From Ascidiella aspersa (taxonomy: Eukaryota), in the NCBI GenBank assembly GCA_963924565.1, contig OZ004614.1, forward strand, positions 25,544,001 to 25,608,000: a stretch of DNA of 64,000 nucleotides. Direction: 5' to 3'. Position 1 is the first letter of the stretch; every line of letters begins with the position of its first letter. Below are positions 62,900 to 64,000 of this stretch, piece after piece. The notes beneath the pieces are model-generated. The model made no database searches, was not told the DNA's origin, and saw only the letters and a program-made list of their open reading frames with translations. The position numbers and the translations under genes are program-made.

Positions 62900-63015
62900 T
62901 CGACTTCGCCAGCCCTCAAAAGCGAAACGTGATTTCCTCGTCCGTTTTAATAGTTTTATTGATGTTGGTTCTTAGAAAAGCAACGAAGCTATCGTTGTTT
63001 AGCGTGGGTCTTTAG

Positions 63016-63439
63016 TAGGGATGTCCAATAATATCGGATCAAAGCCGATACCCGATACCAAGTGGTAGTATCGGTACTCGTACGATACTAAGGTGCTATC
63101 AGTGCCGATTAAATTCCCAGTTGATACAAGTTTTTAAGCATAATTTGGGGTTCACTGCAGCTTTAAAAGTAAACTCTTAACAGTTAGTGTGATTAACAAA
63201 CTTGTAAAGGCTAAATCACATTTATAATTAACCTGGAAAACATTATAATGCATTGGTTAACAATTACAATTACCAGAGGAGCTGTTCTTGATTTATATTA
63301 TAATGCATATTTTAACTGTATCATTTTTTTATTTGATTTGATTTGAATAATGACGTCAGTTGGTATCGGATCAAACGGCCGATACTTTTACTCAAAATAT
63401 CGGGTATCGAATTAAATTGCAAAGTATCGGACATCCCTA
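63016..63439. mobile_element. hAT-superfamily MITE
   Basis: TIRs TAGGGATGTCC ... GGACATCCCTA (Ac-like). The 8-bp flanks GTCTTTAG and GTCTGTAG match at 7 of 8 positions. GTATCGG/CCGATAC subterminal repeats are present. Confidence 0.88.
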
Positions 63440-64000
63440 GTCTGTAGTTTTTGTTTTCTGTCCCTTGTTTTTCGTTCAATGAAGTCGCTTTTTCGCTTTG
63501 CACGCCACACGTTTCACTCTCAGGCAACCCTTATCACATGTTTCGCCGAATACATGAAAAAATAAACGAGAATAGAAGTTTGGTGATGGCGCAGCTGTAA
63601 TCTTTACTCTGTGTTAGGTGAAAGCGTGACCAAAGTCCATTAGAAATGTACATTTCTTCCTGGGCTGTATTGTACTAGTTACCTTCCTTTACATCGACAG
63701 ATCTTTCTACCTAGCATAATTGTTGGAGGTTCTAGTAGAAACATCGAAGTCACTACAGAAGTAGGTAGCATTTTGTAAAAGTTTTCAATAAATCTTAAGA
63801 TAATGGCTGGAGGTTGTAGTTAGACGTAACATAAAATAAAGCCCATACATAACTAGGTAACACTTTGAACGTTTCAAATAAATCTTAAAGATGATTATCA
63901 ACGCCCATACATAGGTGCGTATCATTTTGTGAATGTGTTTGTGTAAATCTGTAGATAATGGCTGAAGGTTGCAGTTAAAGAATATTCCTGAACATTCCCA

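Overview
AT-rich animal genomic DNA with spliceosomal introns and many repeats. It looks like an invertebrate chordate such as a tunicate, but that assignment is inference. Genes reconstructed by hand: (1) the 5' part of a Shroom-family gene on the minus strand, with two PDZ-domain exons at 29.9 and 26.8 kb and up to five further candidate first coding exons between 1.2 and 21.8 kb, all ending in a phase-2 splice donor; the rest of the gene lies left of the window; (2) a complete 5-exon GAMT gene (minus, 35445-38898, 236 aa); (3) two divergently transcribed paralogous genes (41878-44521 minus, 59092-62899 plus) for secreted proteins with nine 14-residue NxxQDxx(I/L) coiled-coil repeats. Between the paralogues lies a 10,043-bp near-palindromic foldback-type element (45713-55755) with ~4.4-kb arms, a 7-bp target-site duplication and a central 192-bp satellite. 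Several minimal hammerhead-ribozyme motifs of the Penelope/retrozyme type are present, including a tandem pair inserted in one foldback arm. Other repeats include hAT-type MITEs, a tRNA-derived SINE, an L1/Tx1 3' remnant and minisatellites. All coordinates were read by eye and no database searches were run.
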